Under the pieces are notes generated by a model. That model did not search any database, had not been told where the DNA came from, and saw nothing but the letters and a program-made list of their open reading frames with translations. The position numbers and the translations under genes are program-made. DNA of 64,000 nucleotides, from assembly GCA_044225175.1 (NCBI GenBank), contig JBGAJA010000003.1, positions 133,428 through 197,427 of the forward strand, given 5' to 3'. Origin of the DNA: Candidatus Omnitrophota bacterium (GTDB lineage Bacteria > Omnitrophota > Gorgyraeia > Zapsychrales > Fredricksoniimonadaceae). How positions within the stretch are numbered: position 1 is the stretch's first letter; each line of letters opens with the position of its first letter. Below are positions 21,001 through 30,555 of this stretch, in pieces.

Positions 21001-24000
21001 CCGTTGTTTTATTTGGAGATGGGAATTTTAGTGCAGCACTAAGGGCAGCTTTGGGAGATCAGAAATTATTAGATACATCCGGATATTTAAACTGGGGGGA
21101 GATGTATTTATTAAGGCATGCAGAGCCAGTTTCGATGCAAGCTTTGCTGAAGGCAACTTTACACGAAGAACAAATACAAACCTCGTTACATTCTATTGTG
21201 CAAGCACTTAGATCATTTCAATTATTTCTTACTGCAGAATACAAGAATGACAGAAATGTTGACGGTGTGACACATTTTTTGAATCAAGCCTTTAGTGTCA
21301 TTATGTCAATAAAAAATAATTATCTTCAGCATCGACAGTTCTCAGAAAAAGAGTTAAATCAAATTAGATCAACGCTCGAAGAGTTGGAAGAGTTTATGGC
21401 TTATTTTGATAAAGATGATTTTGAACTAGCTGCTTGGGCTGAAAAGGATATGCAACAGAATCAAACAAAACATGGACCAAGATATTGGTTGGCAAGGTTT
21501 ATCCAATTAGAAAATGTTAGAGGGAATTTTAGGAAAGAGTTTAATGCTTTAAACAACCTCTTTAAGGAAGAAGCTCGCCAGATTAATAGTCAGATTGGTC
21601 AAATTAATGCCATAAAAGATTCTCACAGTGATACGAAAGGGGAGTTACATCCTATAGTCCAATATCCTAGTAGTTCAGTTCAACCGATAGACTACATTAG
21701 TTTTCTTTTGGATTTAACTGAACAAATCGAAAAGAAAGAGACCCGCTTCCATGTCGTTGTTCCAGCCCCACAAAATGCCCAACAAGCCAAGATTTTAGAA
21801 CATAGTTTTTCTCTAGAGCAAAAACAAGCTCTTGCTAGAAGCCGTATTGTGGATCTTTATAGGCAAAGAAAGATAAGTAATATTGACGTTAAATTGGATG
21901 AGGTAATATTAACCTTCAATGAACCTATTATTTTTGATAAACGAGAAATGAAGTCTATTCATATGTATTGGCCTTCGTTGGGAGATAAGCATATTAGTAC
22001 TAAGCTTACAAGTAAGCAATACAGCTTATTATCAAATAAAGATGCTTTATTTGATGCAAAGGTTATGAGAACTGATTACCCCTCAGGGGTTGAAGGGGCG
22101 CTAAGCAGTTTACAAAGTATTTTAAATAATTTTATTGTTTTAGGTGTGATTGATCTTAAGGTCAATAATGCGACTGAACGTGTGCAGCTCTTAGACTCAA
22201 TCTTCTCTGTTGAAACATCTCAATATATCGACTGGGTTGTCACAGAAGAAGATTTGACTCGCGATAAATTATCCAGAATGGATTCAATGGCTGCTCTTCG
22301 TTTAACTAGATTAGTTAGACAAGAGGCGCTTTTAAAAACCCATAAAGATGAAGCTAAGAAGACTGTAAATCGTTTCTTTCAGAAGATAGGAATGAATGCC
22401 TATATTGTTGCTCCGGAACTATTAGAAGTTCTTGAGCATATTAAGAATGCTCCTTCTGCAGAGCGTTACCAAAGGGCTAAAGCCTATGTATTGCAACAAG
22501 TACGTGATCATTCTGATTCACAGTGGACTGTTTACTATAACAATCTCTTTTCAGATGAACTGACTCTGCAGGTTCGTGAAGAACTTGAGGGATTCTTTCA
22601 CATAATGAATAGTGCGACTTTAATTAACAGGGAAGATTTATTCGAATCTTCGGAAACGTTAAATAATAGAATTTATGAAACAGCATTGAAAGAAACTGGT
22701 CTTGAACTAAGTAAGAATGAGAGAGCTTCTTATAAAAGTTTGATGTCTTTGATCGAGAGTAATTTCTCTGATATTTATAGGATTCTAGAAGCACACAGTA
22801 TCTTCTCTAAAGAAGATTTATATTTTACTGATGTTTTTCTGTGGCCCGAACGCCTAAATCCTCAAGAGTTAAATCAATTAAATAATTTTTTTAAAGATTT
22901 ATATAAGAAAAAAAGTAATAGAACTGAGATTCTTTTGATGAATTCTGTTCTGAATGGTATGCGAAGTCGATTCTTAAAGCACATTAAGAGTGTTAGGGAG
23001 AGGATCTTTTCCCTGTATCAATATAAATTCGACATGGATGAACAGACGGAAGAATTTCAAAGATTTCTGAATTTAAAAGCGATGCAAAACAGATTGATTA
23101 CGGCTCAATGGTTAGGTCAAGACGTTGGATTGACACATATTCAAGATCAAGGTGTCACAGAAGTTAGCTTTAAAATTTCTATGCCTAATCTTCCCATAGA
23201 TGGGTTGGCCAATTTTATTAAAGATTTACCAGAGGCGACTCATAAACAAGTTAAAGAAATCTTAGCGAAAGAGACATTAGATCAGCTTGTTCCAATTAGA
23301 GGTTTTCCTAAGCTTGTTAGTTTAAGTAATGTAGAGAACTTTATGATTCAAGAGAACATAATTCTTCGAGTAGGGCCATGGGGATATAAGCTTACACCAG
23401 ATGGCATTATATTGCTTGATGAGAACAATCTTGAAATATCTACTGTGACAGATGAAGAAAATCTAAGATCATTCATTGTTAGAAGAGGACATGCAATAAT
23501 CTTCTATATTATTGAAAATATAGTGCAAGGAGACCCAGAAGCTTATAGGGTGGCAGATATTCCTTTCATTCAGAAGGTAATCTTTAAATCGGATGAAGTA
23601 ATTGTAAATGATGCGGATGAGAATGTGGCTATTAACCGTCAAACACAGGGCCTAAGTGGACATACAGTGGAGCATACAGACCCTCCGTCAGCTATTGTTG
23701 CTTTAAAGATAAGAAAACATAGTGACGCTCAAGCTGGTTTTGCTTTTGCACATGCTTCTTTAAATGGAGGCTTTGAGCCTGTTGTTAAAATTCCGAACAT
23801 AGATGAAGTTCTTGGCAATTCTAAATGGGAAATTAAAAAGAAATCAAACCAAGCTATGCTGGTGAGTTCTTTAGATAAAATTATGATCCGATCACCTCTA
23901 GATATTTTCTTAGAATCTTCCTTTGGAGCTAAATATTCAAGTCAGCAAGATGTTTTCCAAATTTTCCAAAAAGTTATTAACGATACAGAGATGAATCATG

Positions 24001-25004
24001 TGAAAAGTGTTGCTGTCGCGCTTTTTTATATCAGAAATGAACAAGCCCTTACCATCTCTCGAGGACGTGACAAAGTTTTTTACGATATGTATTTGTCTGG
24101 TAAGCCTGAAGAGTTTATTGAGTTGATCATGGCCATGATTAGATTTGCTCGTAAAGCCAATAGCAAAGACAGGGAGGCTCTAGAGGCTCGTATGTTTTTG
24201 TTAAGATTAGGAGAAATTAAATTTGATTATGATCGTAGGACCCTGTCTAATTTTGAAGAAGTCAATGACCCATTTGAGCGTTATCATCGTTTTATTGCTA
24301 GAATTCGTAAACCTGTATTTGTTATTGCATCCGACGAGAATCCTGCAAGATATATGAAGTATTTGCACCAAGGTAGATTTATTTTTGCAGGCCTATCCTA
24401 TTTAGCCGAAGGTTATGTGAACGGCGCTAGAGCATTACATGACGTACCTAATCAAAATGTTACAGTCATTCATGAGGTGGCCAGTCAACATGGTCTTGTG
24501 ACCCGTGAGTTCCGTGATTTTTATGAAGAATCTGGATTGCTTCGCCTCGTTGATATTGATCAATTGAACGGCGGCTTGTCTGATGCTATCTATTCTCTGC
24601 TCCTGAAAAGGACTGTTCCTGGAGGAAAAATTGTTTTTGAATATTCTTTAACAAATCAGAATAGAGTACAGAGGCCACGAGGATTAGATCAACTTAAGCG
24701 TCTTATTGCTGATGCAGGTGAACTATGGGAAGAAAGCAGCTTTATTCGTCCGCATCATCGGAATTCCAAAGTTCAAGTCCAGGTATTTGAGTTTACAAAA
24801 GATAAGGCTATGTCATCTAATCCAGGAGGGATTGATCTTGATGCGGCTATGCTTGATCTTCAAATCCAAAGAGATGAAAAAGGCATTCCTTTACCACTTT
24901 CTCAGCAGCCTATCGGAGACATGAAGGTGGATGGATTCGTTCCTATCATTACCAGGGTTTTTAACGTGGATGATCTTCCTAAATACATAGGCATGTCGAA
25001 TTAA
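18006..25004 (+). CDS. 2332-aa secreted modular protein: N-terminal domain, variable modules incl. histidine-phosphatase-like, C-terminal GGID domain
   Basis: RBS AGGAG + TTG; signal peptide; DKAM/NAAM/NQAM/DKAM motifs; FIRHGST; C-terminus DKAMSSNPGGIDLD. Confidence 0.8.
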   Translation: MYHWNFKIVKRRLISLVLVLSFGLSAVFPGSALGIEPQVLNLPVSGTMVTSTPAFQPILLKGMTLHPENPLQFDFIVDVGDQKIRGQQLRQESSKLIKYFLAALTVPEKEMWVNLSPYEKDRIIPESFGLTEMGRDLLAQDYILKQLTASLIYPEKDLGKAFWSQVYKKLQEQYGTTDIPINTFNKVWIVPDKASVMEYNSSVFVKESHLKVMLEEDYLSLQKNHASTTNQIGSKIIRNLILPEIEKEVNEGQNFSNLRQIYNSMILATWYKIRLKESLLGKLYVDQNKVKGIDLKDTQVKQKIYEQYLKSFKKGVYNYIKEEQDPITEKMIPRKYFSGGFEAQSLPGIVRQNSEILPTRAAMFSAIQRKDLAQMTQGRFTIVQAILGEVKDKAMTIQGNVINGLRLERKQEDAQTISMIDQWIQKLNEDSKDIRLEDLRNSLSVLLWDLLGSEDELWQTNSIGDSIASLKIKELLRVLQEFWNKNPSLKRERFEGTVQVFLDVIEKKFNALNVPRLYVFHQLLWQDNPNIGARLILKTIRHILGHYIILGKNGIDSSTSYSHILVDLLYLNQQLKIADKELSSNTHGPKTLVSLLKERLFSYSSPASLFSDSQAAEIIFGLILVNPQYALENFTDPQMLLEVTRMFCEHPEKVALRIHTGIRTYLSTYVKWLSRSNVDKIQINKKIIDSFGPLRGNDGEFYATDWVWDFSSNHNDQLIRDFQRSLFQSPFNVLNRYKMLMDSVISQFDTDQLNDLNFYSLKKDDHVIMKVRLSDGTDQDVLFVVKDNNSELGMINLIALDGVWEASLHLSRQSQDQVVNRVRYDWVYGSIGSKVNALMKAKPKGKITISHTNAAMIAEFEGKILLDPESGRIRYGTTGPISELKSDLWFIRHGSTEGEEFNRLNKKGKEQAEYAASQLFNLLRDKIKSEKEIVVLTSPLERDQETAQFFVDLVKLKLNKDLKIVIDTGVNEAGENFLDWIAKAKDWIETINEKYSKDTVVLFGDGNFSAALRAALGDQKLLDTSGYLNWGEMYLLRHAEPVSMQALLKATLHEEQIQTSLHSIVQALRSFQLFLTAEYKNDRNVDGVTHFLNQAFSVIMSIKNNYLQHRQFSEKELNQIRSTLEELEEFMAYFDKDDFELAAWAEKDMQQNQTKHGPRYWLARFIQLENVRGNFRKEFNALNNLFKEEARQINSQIGQINAIKDSHSDTKGELHPIVQYPSSSVQPIDYISFLLDLTEQIEKKETRFHVVVPAPQNAQQAKILEHSFSLEQKQALARSRIVDLYRQRKISNIDVKLDEVILTFNEPIIFDKREMKSIHMYWPSLGDKHISTKLTSKQYSLLSNKDALFDAKVMRTDYPSGVEGALSSLQSILNNFIVLGVIDLKVNNATERVQLLDSIFSVETSQYIDWVVTEEDLTRDKLSRMDSMAALRLTRLVRQEALLKTHKDEAKKTVNRFFQKIGMNAYIVAPELLEVLEHIKNAPSAERYQRAKAYVLQQVRDHSDSQWTVYYNNLFSDELTLQVREELEGFFHIMNSATLINREDLFESSETLNNRIYETALKETGLELSKNERASYKSLMSLIESNFSDIYRILEAHSIFSKEDLYFTDVFLWPERLNPQELNQLNNFFKDLYKKKSNRTEILLMNSVLNGMRSRFLKHIKSVRERIFSLYQYKFDMDEQTEEFQRFLNLKAMQNRLITAQWLGQDVGLTHIQDQGVTEVSFKISMPNLPIDGLANFIKDLPEATHKQVKEILAKETLDQLVPIRGFPKLVSLSNVENFMIQENIILRVGPWGYKLTPDGIILLDENNLEISTVTDEENLRSFIVRRGHAIIFYIIENIVQGDPEAYRVADIPFIQKVIFKSDEVIVNDADENVAINRQTQGLSGHTVEHTDPPSAIVALKIRKHSDAQAGFAFAHASLNGGFEPVVKIPNIDEVLGNSKWEIKKKSNQAMLVSSLDKIMIRSPLDIFLESSFGAKYSSQQDVFQIFQKVINDTEMNHVKSVAVALFYIRNEQALTISRGRDKVFYDMYLSGKPEEFIELIMAMIRFARKANSKDREALEARMFLLRLGEIKFDYDRRTLSNFEEVNDPFERYHRFIARIRKPVFVIASDENPARYMKYLHQGRFIFAGLSYLAEGYVNGARALHDVPNQNVTVIHEVASQHGLVTREFRDFYEESGLLRLVDIDQLNGGLSDAIYSLLLKRTVPGGKIVFEYSLTNQNRVQRPRGLDQLKRLIADAGELWEESSFIRPHHRNSKVQVQVFEFTKDKAMSSNPGGIDLDAAMLDLQIQRDEKGIPLPLSQQPIGDMKVDGFVPIITRVFNVDDLPKYIGMSN

Positions 25005-25777
25005 ATCCCCAACGCATGGAGTTTTTCGAGGAGAAATCCTTGATTAAAGCGGCCGATGTAGAGATCTGACCCTGCTTGTTTGCAGAGATTCATTGCGTCT
25101 TCAACGGATTGAACGGCATCCACATCGATTCCTAAATCTTCCGGAAAGTAAGCATATGTGATGATCTTTGTACTGCCTAAGATGGTAAAGCATTTGAGGG
25201 CTTTAATTAATTCAGGGGCAGAGACATTGTCTTGGAATAAGACATCCATAATAATTGCATGAGGTTTCATAGTTAATGCTTTGGAGATAACTTCTTCGGA
25301 AGTATAGGCGGTCACGACTAAATATTTCATTCCTTTGAGGGCATGATTAATCTGGTCTAATACAAGGCGGTGTTTACCGCTGACTAAGATTTTTGGAAAT
25401 TTTTTTGCTTCCTCCACATTCTTTTGAATGGTGGTAATTTTATCTAAAAGGACATTGATGTCGGTTGTCTTTTCAACGAAGTTCGAAACTCCCAAACTGG
25501 TGAAGGATTCTTTGAAAATAGCCTTGTCCGTGACAATGATGATAGGAAGATCAGCTGTTTTAGGGTCTTTTTTAACGGCTTCATAGAGGTCAACGCCATC
25601 CATTTTAGGCATGACAACATCTGTGATAATAAGATCGATGGCTTGAGAAGAGAGAATTTTAAGTGCTTCAATTCCATTACCAGCAGTATGGACCCAGTAA
25701 CCCTTGGATTCTAATTGCTTTCGTACAACTAATGCTGTACCGCGATCATCTTCAGCTAGGAGGATATTTTTAATCAT
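25001..25777 (-). CDS. response regulator with tandem receiver domains (second degenerate)
   Basis: ILLAEDD, IITDVVMPKMDG; second IIMDV block; no output domain. Confidence 0.8.
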   Translation of the reverse strand: MIKNILLAEDDRGTALVVRKQLESKGYWVHTAGNGIEALKILSSQAIDLIITDVVMPKMDGVDLYEAVKKDPKTADLPIIIVTDKAIFKESFTSLGVSNFVEKTTDINVLLDKITTIQKNVEEAKKFPKILVSGKHRLVLDQINHALKGMKYLVVTAYTSEEVISKALTMKPHAIIMDVLFQDNVSAPELIKALKCFTILGSTKIITYAYFPEDLGIDVDAVQSVEDAMNLCKQAGSDLYIGRFNQGFLLEKLHALGI

Positions 25778-25873
25778 AGAGTTATTATAGCTTAAAATAA
25801 ATCCAGATCACGTTTTAAGTATCCTTTAACCTTTCTGATAGTTAAATAACTCCAAATATGGTAAACTTGCGCT

Positions 25874-27109
25874 ATGTTTTTTTCGTCGTTGGGGTTATCT
25901 AAAGATTTGCTGCAGGCCATTCAATACGCTGGATATGAAAAGCCAACCGCCGTTCAAGAAAAGTCTATTCCGCTCATCTTAAAAGGACAGGACATCATTG
26001 CTCAGGCCCAAACAGGTACTGGTAAAACAGCTGCCTTTGCTTTGCCTATATTGCAGCGTTTACAAGATTTCTCTGCGGAGCCAAGAAAAACACTGAAATG
26101 TCTTGTGTTAACACCCACCAGAGAATTATCTTTGCAAGTTTCCAGTGAGTTTAAGGACTATGGAAGGCAGCTCACTAAGCCTCTTAAGATCATTACGTTG
26201 GTTGGAGGCATGAATATTGATTTGCAGATTAGAGGTTTGCATCATGGTGCAGATATTGCTGTTGCAACGCCCGGCCGATTGTTAGATTTGGTGAAACGTA
26301 ATGAGATTGTATTAAACACGATCAAGATTTTAGTGATTGATGAAGCAGACAAGATGTTTGATCTGGGATTCTCAGATGAGTTAGTAGCGATCTTAAATGT
26401 GTTGCCAACTAAAAGACAGAATTTATTGTTTTCAGCTACGATGGATGAGAAAGTTTCTGTTTTAGCTCATCAGTTTATGAAAACACCGGCTCAATTGAGA
26501 GTAGAAACAGATACGCCTACCGCAGAGCGCATTGAACAAAGAGTGATTGAAGTCAATAGAACCAATCGTGGACCATTGCTAAGGCATCTGATTCAAAGTG
26601 AGAAATGGGATCATACATTGATTTTTGTTGCAACTGTAAGAGGTGCTGATATTCTGGCCACCAAGCTTAGAGCTGCTGGGATTGAAGCTGACTCATTTCA
26701 TGGTGGGATGACACAAGCCCAGAGAGTTCAAGCACTAAGTGATTTTAAGTCGAGGAAGATTCGAGTTCTAGTGGCAACCGATATTGCGGCGCGAGGGTTA
26801 GATATCAATAAGCTCTCGTATGTCATTAATTATGATTTACCCAGATCAACAGATGATTATATTCATCGGGTCGGACGAACAGCCAGGGCAGGAGAAAAGG
26901 GAGTTGCGATTTCGTTTATTGGTCATGAAGATCAAAAGCATTTTGATTTGATTGAAAAAAGAACTCGTATTCGAGTCCCTCGAGAAAGTATCAAAGGTTT
27001 TGAGTTAATAGGAGAACCGCTGTCTCCTGGTAAAGGACCAGCTCCCATCAAGGGAAAACGAATGAGCAAGAAGGACAAAGCCCGCGCATTGGCTTTAAAG
27101 CAAGGATAA
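25874..27109 (+). CDS. DEAD-box RNA helicase (RhlE-like)
   Basis: AQTGTGKT, PTREL, DEAD, SAT, ARGLD, HRVGRTAR. Confidence 0.92.
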   Translation: MFFSSLGLSKDLLQAIQYAGYEKPTAVQEKSIPLILKGQDIIAQAQTGTGKTAAFALPILQRLQDFSAEPRKTLKCLVLTPTRELSLQVSSEFKDYGRQLTKPLKIITLVGGMNIDLQIRGLHHGADIAVATPGRLLDLVKRNEIVLNTIKILVIDEADKMFDLGFSDELVAILNVLPTKRQNLLFSATMDEKVSVLAHQFMKTPAQLRVETDTPTAERIEQRVIEVNRTNRGPLLRHLIQSEKWDHTLIFVATVRGADILATKLRAAGIEADSFHGGMTQAQRVQALSDFKSRKIRVLVATDIAARGLDINKLSYVINYDLPRSTDDYIHRVGRTARAGEKGVAISFIGHEDQKHFDLIEKRTRIRVPRESIKGFELIGEPLSPGKGPAPIKGKRMSKKDKARALALKQG

Positions 27110-27112
27110 CCA

Positions 27113-28498
27113 GTGAGTATAACTAAAGAATTTAAAAGTTTAGGATTTAATGAAGACATTTTGGCGAATTTAAAATCGTTAAAATATTTAGAAATGACCC
27201 CTATTCAAGAACAAGCTTTGCCTTTCATATTAGAGGGAAAAGATGTTATCGGTCAGGCGAATACTGGTAGCGGAAAAACTGCAGCCTTTGCACTGGGTAT
27301 GTTAGCAAAATTAGATGTAAAGAATCAGCAGCCCCAGGCATTGATTTTGTGTCCGACTAGAGAATTAGGTGAGCAAGTTTGTCTGGAAGTCAGACGTTTA
27401 GCCAGATTTGCCAATAATATTAAAGTTTTGGCTTTATGTGGAGGAACCGAAGAACGTCATAAAACAAAATCTTTAGAACATGGAGCCCATATCATTGTTG
27501 GTACCCCAGGACGCATTAAGAAATTGTTAGAGAAGAAAGAGCTCAATCTGAATTCTTTAAAGACATTAGTGCTAGATGAAGCGGATCGTATGTTAGAGCT
27601 CGGTTTCATTGATGACATTAATGCCATTGCAGCTTTCACCCCTATCAATCGACAAACACTATTATTTTCTGCTACATTTCCTCATGGAATTAAAAAATTG
27701 AGCGCTTCTTTGCAAGAAGAACCAGCTCAAGTCACTGTCGACTCTCAGCACGAACAAAGCACAGTCGAGCAACTTTTCTTTAATGTTCAAAATGACGAAC
27801 TTAAAGATGAAGCATTGCTTTTAATTCTTAGACACTTTAAACCTGAATCTGCGATTGTCTTTTGCAATAGCCGAGTAGCCTGCACTAAGGTTTCCAATAT
27901 TTTAAGAAAACAAAAAATCAATAACATGGAAATTCACTCTGATCTTGAACAGAAAGATCGCACACTGGTATTAACTAAGTTTGCCAATAAAAGCTGCTGC
28001 GTGCTCGTTGCAACAGACTTAGCTTCTCGAGGATTAGATATTAAGGATGTGGCAGCTGTCGTCAATTATGATTTACCATCTGATCATGAGCTCTATGTTC
28101 ATCGTATTGGGCGTACAGGAAGGATTGGTAAAAAGGGAAGGTCTTTGAGTTTATTTACGGGCAAAGATCAAATGTTCCTTGAAAATTTGACGAAGTATTT
28201 AAAAGTTCCGACTGTGACGGTTGACTTAGAAACTCTTAAGGGTAAGAAAACTTATACACTGACACCTTCTATGACAACTATTTATGTCAGCGGAGGAAGA
28301 AAAGATAATCTTCGTCCAGGAGATATTTTAGGTGCTTTAACTAAAGATGCAGGATTAAGTGCAAAAGATGTAGGAAATATTAACATATTTGAAGTAAACA
28401 GTTATGTGGCAATATCTTCAGGTTCTGTTGATCGTGCCATTGAACATTTGAATGCTTCGAAAATTAAAGGGCGAAAATTTCGCGTTGGAAAAGCCTAA
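27113..28498 (+). CDS. dbpA: ATP-dependent RNA helicase DbpA
   Basis: DEAD core plus C-terminal RBD GGRKDNLRPGDILGALT...KIKGRKFR. Confidence 0.9.
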   Translation: MSITKEFKSLGFNEDILANLKSLKYLEMTPIQEQALPFILEGKDVIGQANTGSGKTAAFALGMLAKLDVKNQQPQALILCPTRELGEQVCLEVRRLARFANNIKVLALCGGTEERHKTKSLEHGAHIIVGTPGRIKKLLEKKELNLNSLKTLVLDEADRMLELGFIDDINAIAAFTPINRQTLLFSATFPHGIKKLSASLQEEPAQVTVDSQHEQSTVEQLFFNVQNDELKDEALLLILRHFKPESAIVFCNSRVACTKVSNILRKQKINNMEIHSDLEQKDRTLVLTKFANKSCCVLVATDLASRGLDIKDVAAVVNYDLPSDHELYVHRIGRTGRIGKKGRSLSLFTGKDQMFLENLTKYLKVPTVTVDLETLKGKKTYTLTPSMTTIYVSGGRKDNLRPGDILGALTKDAGLSAKDVGNINIFEVNSYVAISSGSVDRAIEHLNASKIKGRKFRVGKA

Positions 28499-28515
28499 AG
28501 AAAAAACAGGAGAGA

Positions 28516-29214
28516 GTGATGAATAATATTTTTGTGGGAAATTTGTCCTTTGATGCGACCAAGGAGAATGTCAGAAAGCTTTTTGAAGAATATGGAACAG
28601 TGGCTGGTGTTTCATTGGTTGAAAAAAGAAAAGGAAAATCGAGAGGTTTTGCTTTTGTGGATATGCCAGATGAGGATCAAAAGAATAAAGCCATTAGTTC
28701 GTTAGAAGGCAAAGAGTTTATGGGCCGTCCATTGATTGTGAATCCCATGCGTCCTAAGGTCCCTTCAGCTAAGAAATTCTTTAAAAGCAAAAAGCCTTGG
28801 AATGGTGAGCAGCGAGAAGAGAGAGCTCCTAGAGGTCCTCGCAGAGATGATCGTGGTGCCAAACCATATCGAAGTGATGATAGACCATCTAAACCATATA
28901 GTAAGCCTCAAGGTGAGTATAAATCGTATGGTTCTACTTCTAAACCTTATCGTAGAGACGATCGTGATTCAAAGCCATCTAGCGGATCTAAACCGGCTTA
29001 TAAAAGCCGTGACGATCGTGATGCTAGGCAAGACAATTTTAAACACCTTCAAGACTCTAAACCTTGGGGTAAAAGCAAAAGAGCTTCCCAGGCATCCTAT
29101 TCTGGTGAGAAGAAATCTTCTGATAAGAAAGAAGGTTTCTCTAAATTTTCTGGCAAGCCTAAGGCAAATTTAAAAAGTGGATATGGGACGAAATCATGGC
29201 CCAAAAAATTCTAA
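28516..29214 (+). CDS. RRM RNA-binding protein with a long basic low-complexity tail
   Basis: IFVGNLSF (RNP2), RGFAFVDM (RNP1), repeated KPY/RDDR. Confidence 0.85.
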   Translation: MMNNIFVGNLSFDATKENVRKLFEEYGTVAGVSLVEKRKGKSRGFAFVDMPDEDQKNKAISSLEGKEFMGRPLIVNPMRPKVPSAKKFFKSKKPWNGEQREERAPRGPRRDDRGAKPYRSDDRPSKPYSKPQGEYKSYGSTSKPYRRDDRDSKPSSGSKPAYKSRDDRDARQDNFKHLQDSKPWGKSKRASQASYSGEKKSSDKKEGFSKFSGKPKANLKSGYGTKSWPKKF

Positions 29215-29235
29215 TTTAATCTTCTGGAGGAAAAA

Positions 29236-30555
29236 ATGATTCTTGGTTTTGTAATAGTAGGCTTAATGTTGGTGATTAATGCTTTTTTTGCCGCTTATGA
29301 AATGGCTTTAGCGACTATAACGAGAGGCAAGATCATGGCACTTATCCATTTGAATAAAAAGGGAGCTAAAGAAACCCTTTTTATGAAGGATAGGATGGAG
29401 GGTTCTTTGGCTGTTGTCCAACTTGGTGTTACATTAGCTGGAGCCATTGCTGCGGCGATTGGAGGGCTTGGGGTGGATGAACACTTGTCTCCGTGGCTTC
29501 TTAATCAATGGCATTTATCTGAATTTATGGCTGATTTAGTTTCACTAACATTTTTGATTGTTCCATTGACGTGTTTAACAATCATCTTTGCTGAACTTAT
29601 TCCTAAAACATATGCATTAACTCATCATGAACGGGTATGCTTGATATTGTCTCCCTATATGAAGGTTTTAAGTGTCTGGGCTTATCCCGTCATTAGCATC
29701 TTAGAAAATATTGTTAAAAAGAGTATTAGCTTAGTCAATCGAGGAGCTCCAACTCTTCCGTCTTCCTCTGATGCAGGATTACATGAATTAAATGCTGCGG
29801 TGGCAATGGCCAGGACTTCTAGGCTTGTAGGGGCCAGTCAAGAAAAGATCCTTCTATCTGCTGCTCAACTTTCCGTACGTAGCGTCAAAGAAATCATGCT
29901 GCCGATAGCAGAAGTGAGTACTATTCCATTAAGCTGTTCTTTATCCGAAGCGCTCATTCGTGCTCATCAAGATATGCATACACGTTTTCCTGTATGTACT
30001 GTGGAGGGTGATGTTCAAACTATTCAAGGGTACATTAATTTTAAAGACATTATTGCCGGCCTCAAGTTGAATCCTAATGATCCAAGCATTAAAGGAATCG
30101 TTCGTTTGATTAAAAGAGTCCCTTCATCAACGCTTCTTTCGAATGTACTTGAGCAAATGATTGGAGAGAAGTTGCACATTGCTCTTGTCGTTTCTAAAGA
30201 AGGATTGGTTGTTGGAATGGTGACGCTGGAAGATATTATAGAAGAGCTAGTTGGTGAGATTGAAGATGAGTTTGACCGTATCCCGGCTTATGTTCATACT
30301 TATGGTTCTTCCGGTTGGCTGATGGGTGGAGGGATTACAATGGCAACTTTTGCTCAGGCGATCGCTCAAGATTTGAATTTGACAGCCGACGAAGAAAAAT
30401 TAAAATTGGCTGATTGGTTTTCTTCCAAGATTCAAAAACCTCTAGAGGGCGGTGAGATGGTGAAAATCAATAATCTGTTGATTATGGCCCGTAAACTTAG
30501 GCGCAACAAACTAGCAGAAGCTTCTGTTATCTTGGATAAGATAAATTCGGTTTAG
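29236..30555 (+). CDS. CNNM/CBS (hemolysin/CorC family) transporter
   Basis: NAFFAAYEMAL, ELIPKT, HTRFPV, TLEDIIEELVGEIEDE. Confidence 0.88.
   Translation: MILGFVIVGLMLVINAFFAAYEMALATITRGKIMALIHLNKKGAKETLFMKDRMEGSLAVVQLGVTLAGAIAAAIGGLGVDEHLSPWLLNQWHLSEFMADLVSLTFLIVPLTCLTIIFAELIPKTYALTHHERVCLILSPYMKVLSVWAYPVISILENIVKKSISLVNRGAPTLPSSSDAGLHELNAAVAMARTSRLVGASQEKILLSAAQLSVRSVKEIMLPIAEVSTIPLSCSLSEALIRAHQDMHTRFPVCTVEGDVQTIQGYINFKDIIAGLKLNPNDPSIKGIVRLIKRVPSSTLLSNVLEQMIGEKLHIALVVSKEGLVVGMVTLEDIIEELVGEIEDEFDRIPAYVHTYGSSGWLMGGGITMATFAQAIAQDLNLTADEEKLKLADWFSSKIQKPLEGGEMVKINNLLIMARKLRRNKLAEASVILDKINSV

Noticed and set aside
28802-29173. Overlapping alternate-frame ORF or programmed frameshift in the RRM gene
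   Set aside because: No RBS or recognisable motif; likely a by-product of low-complexity sequence.
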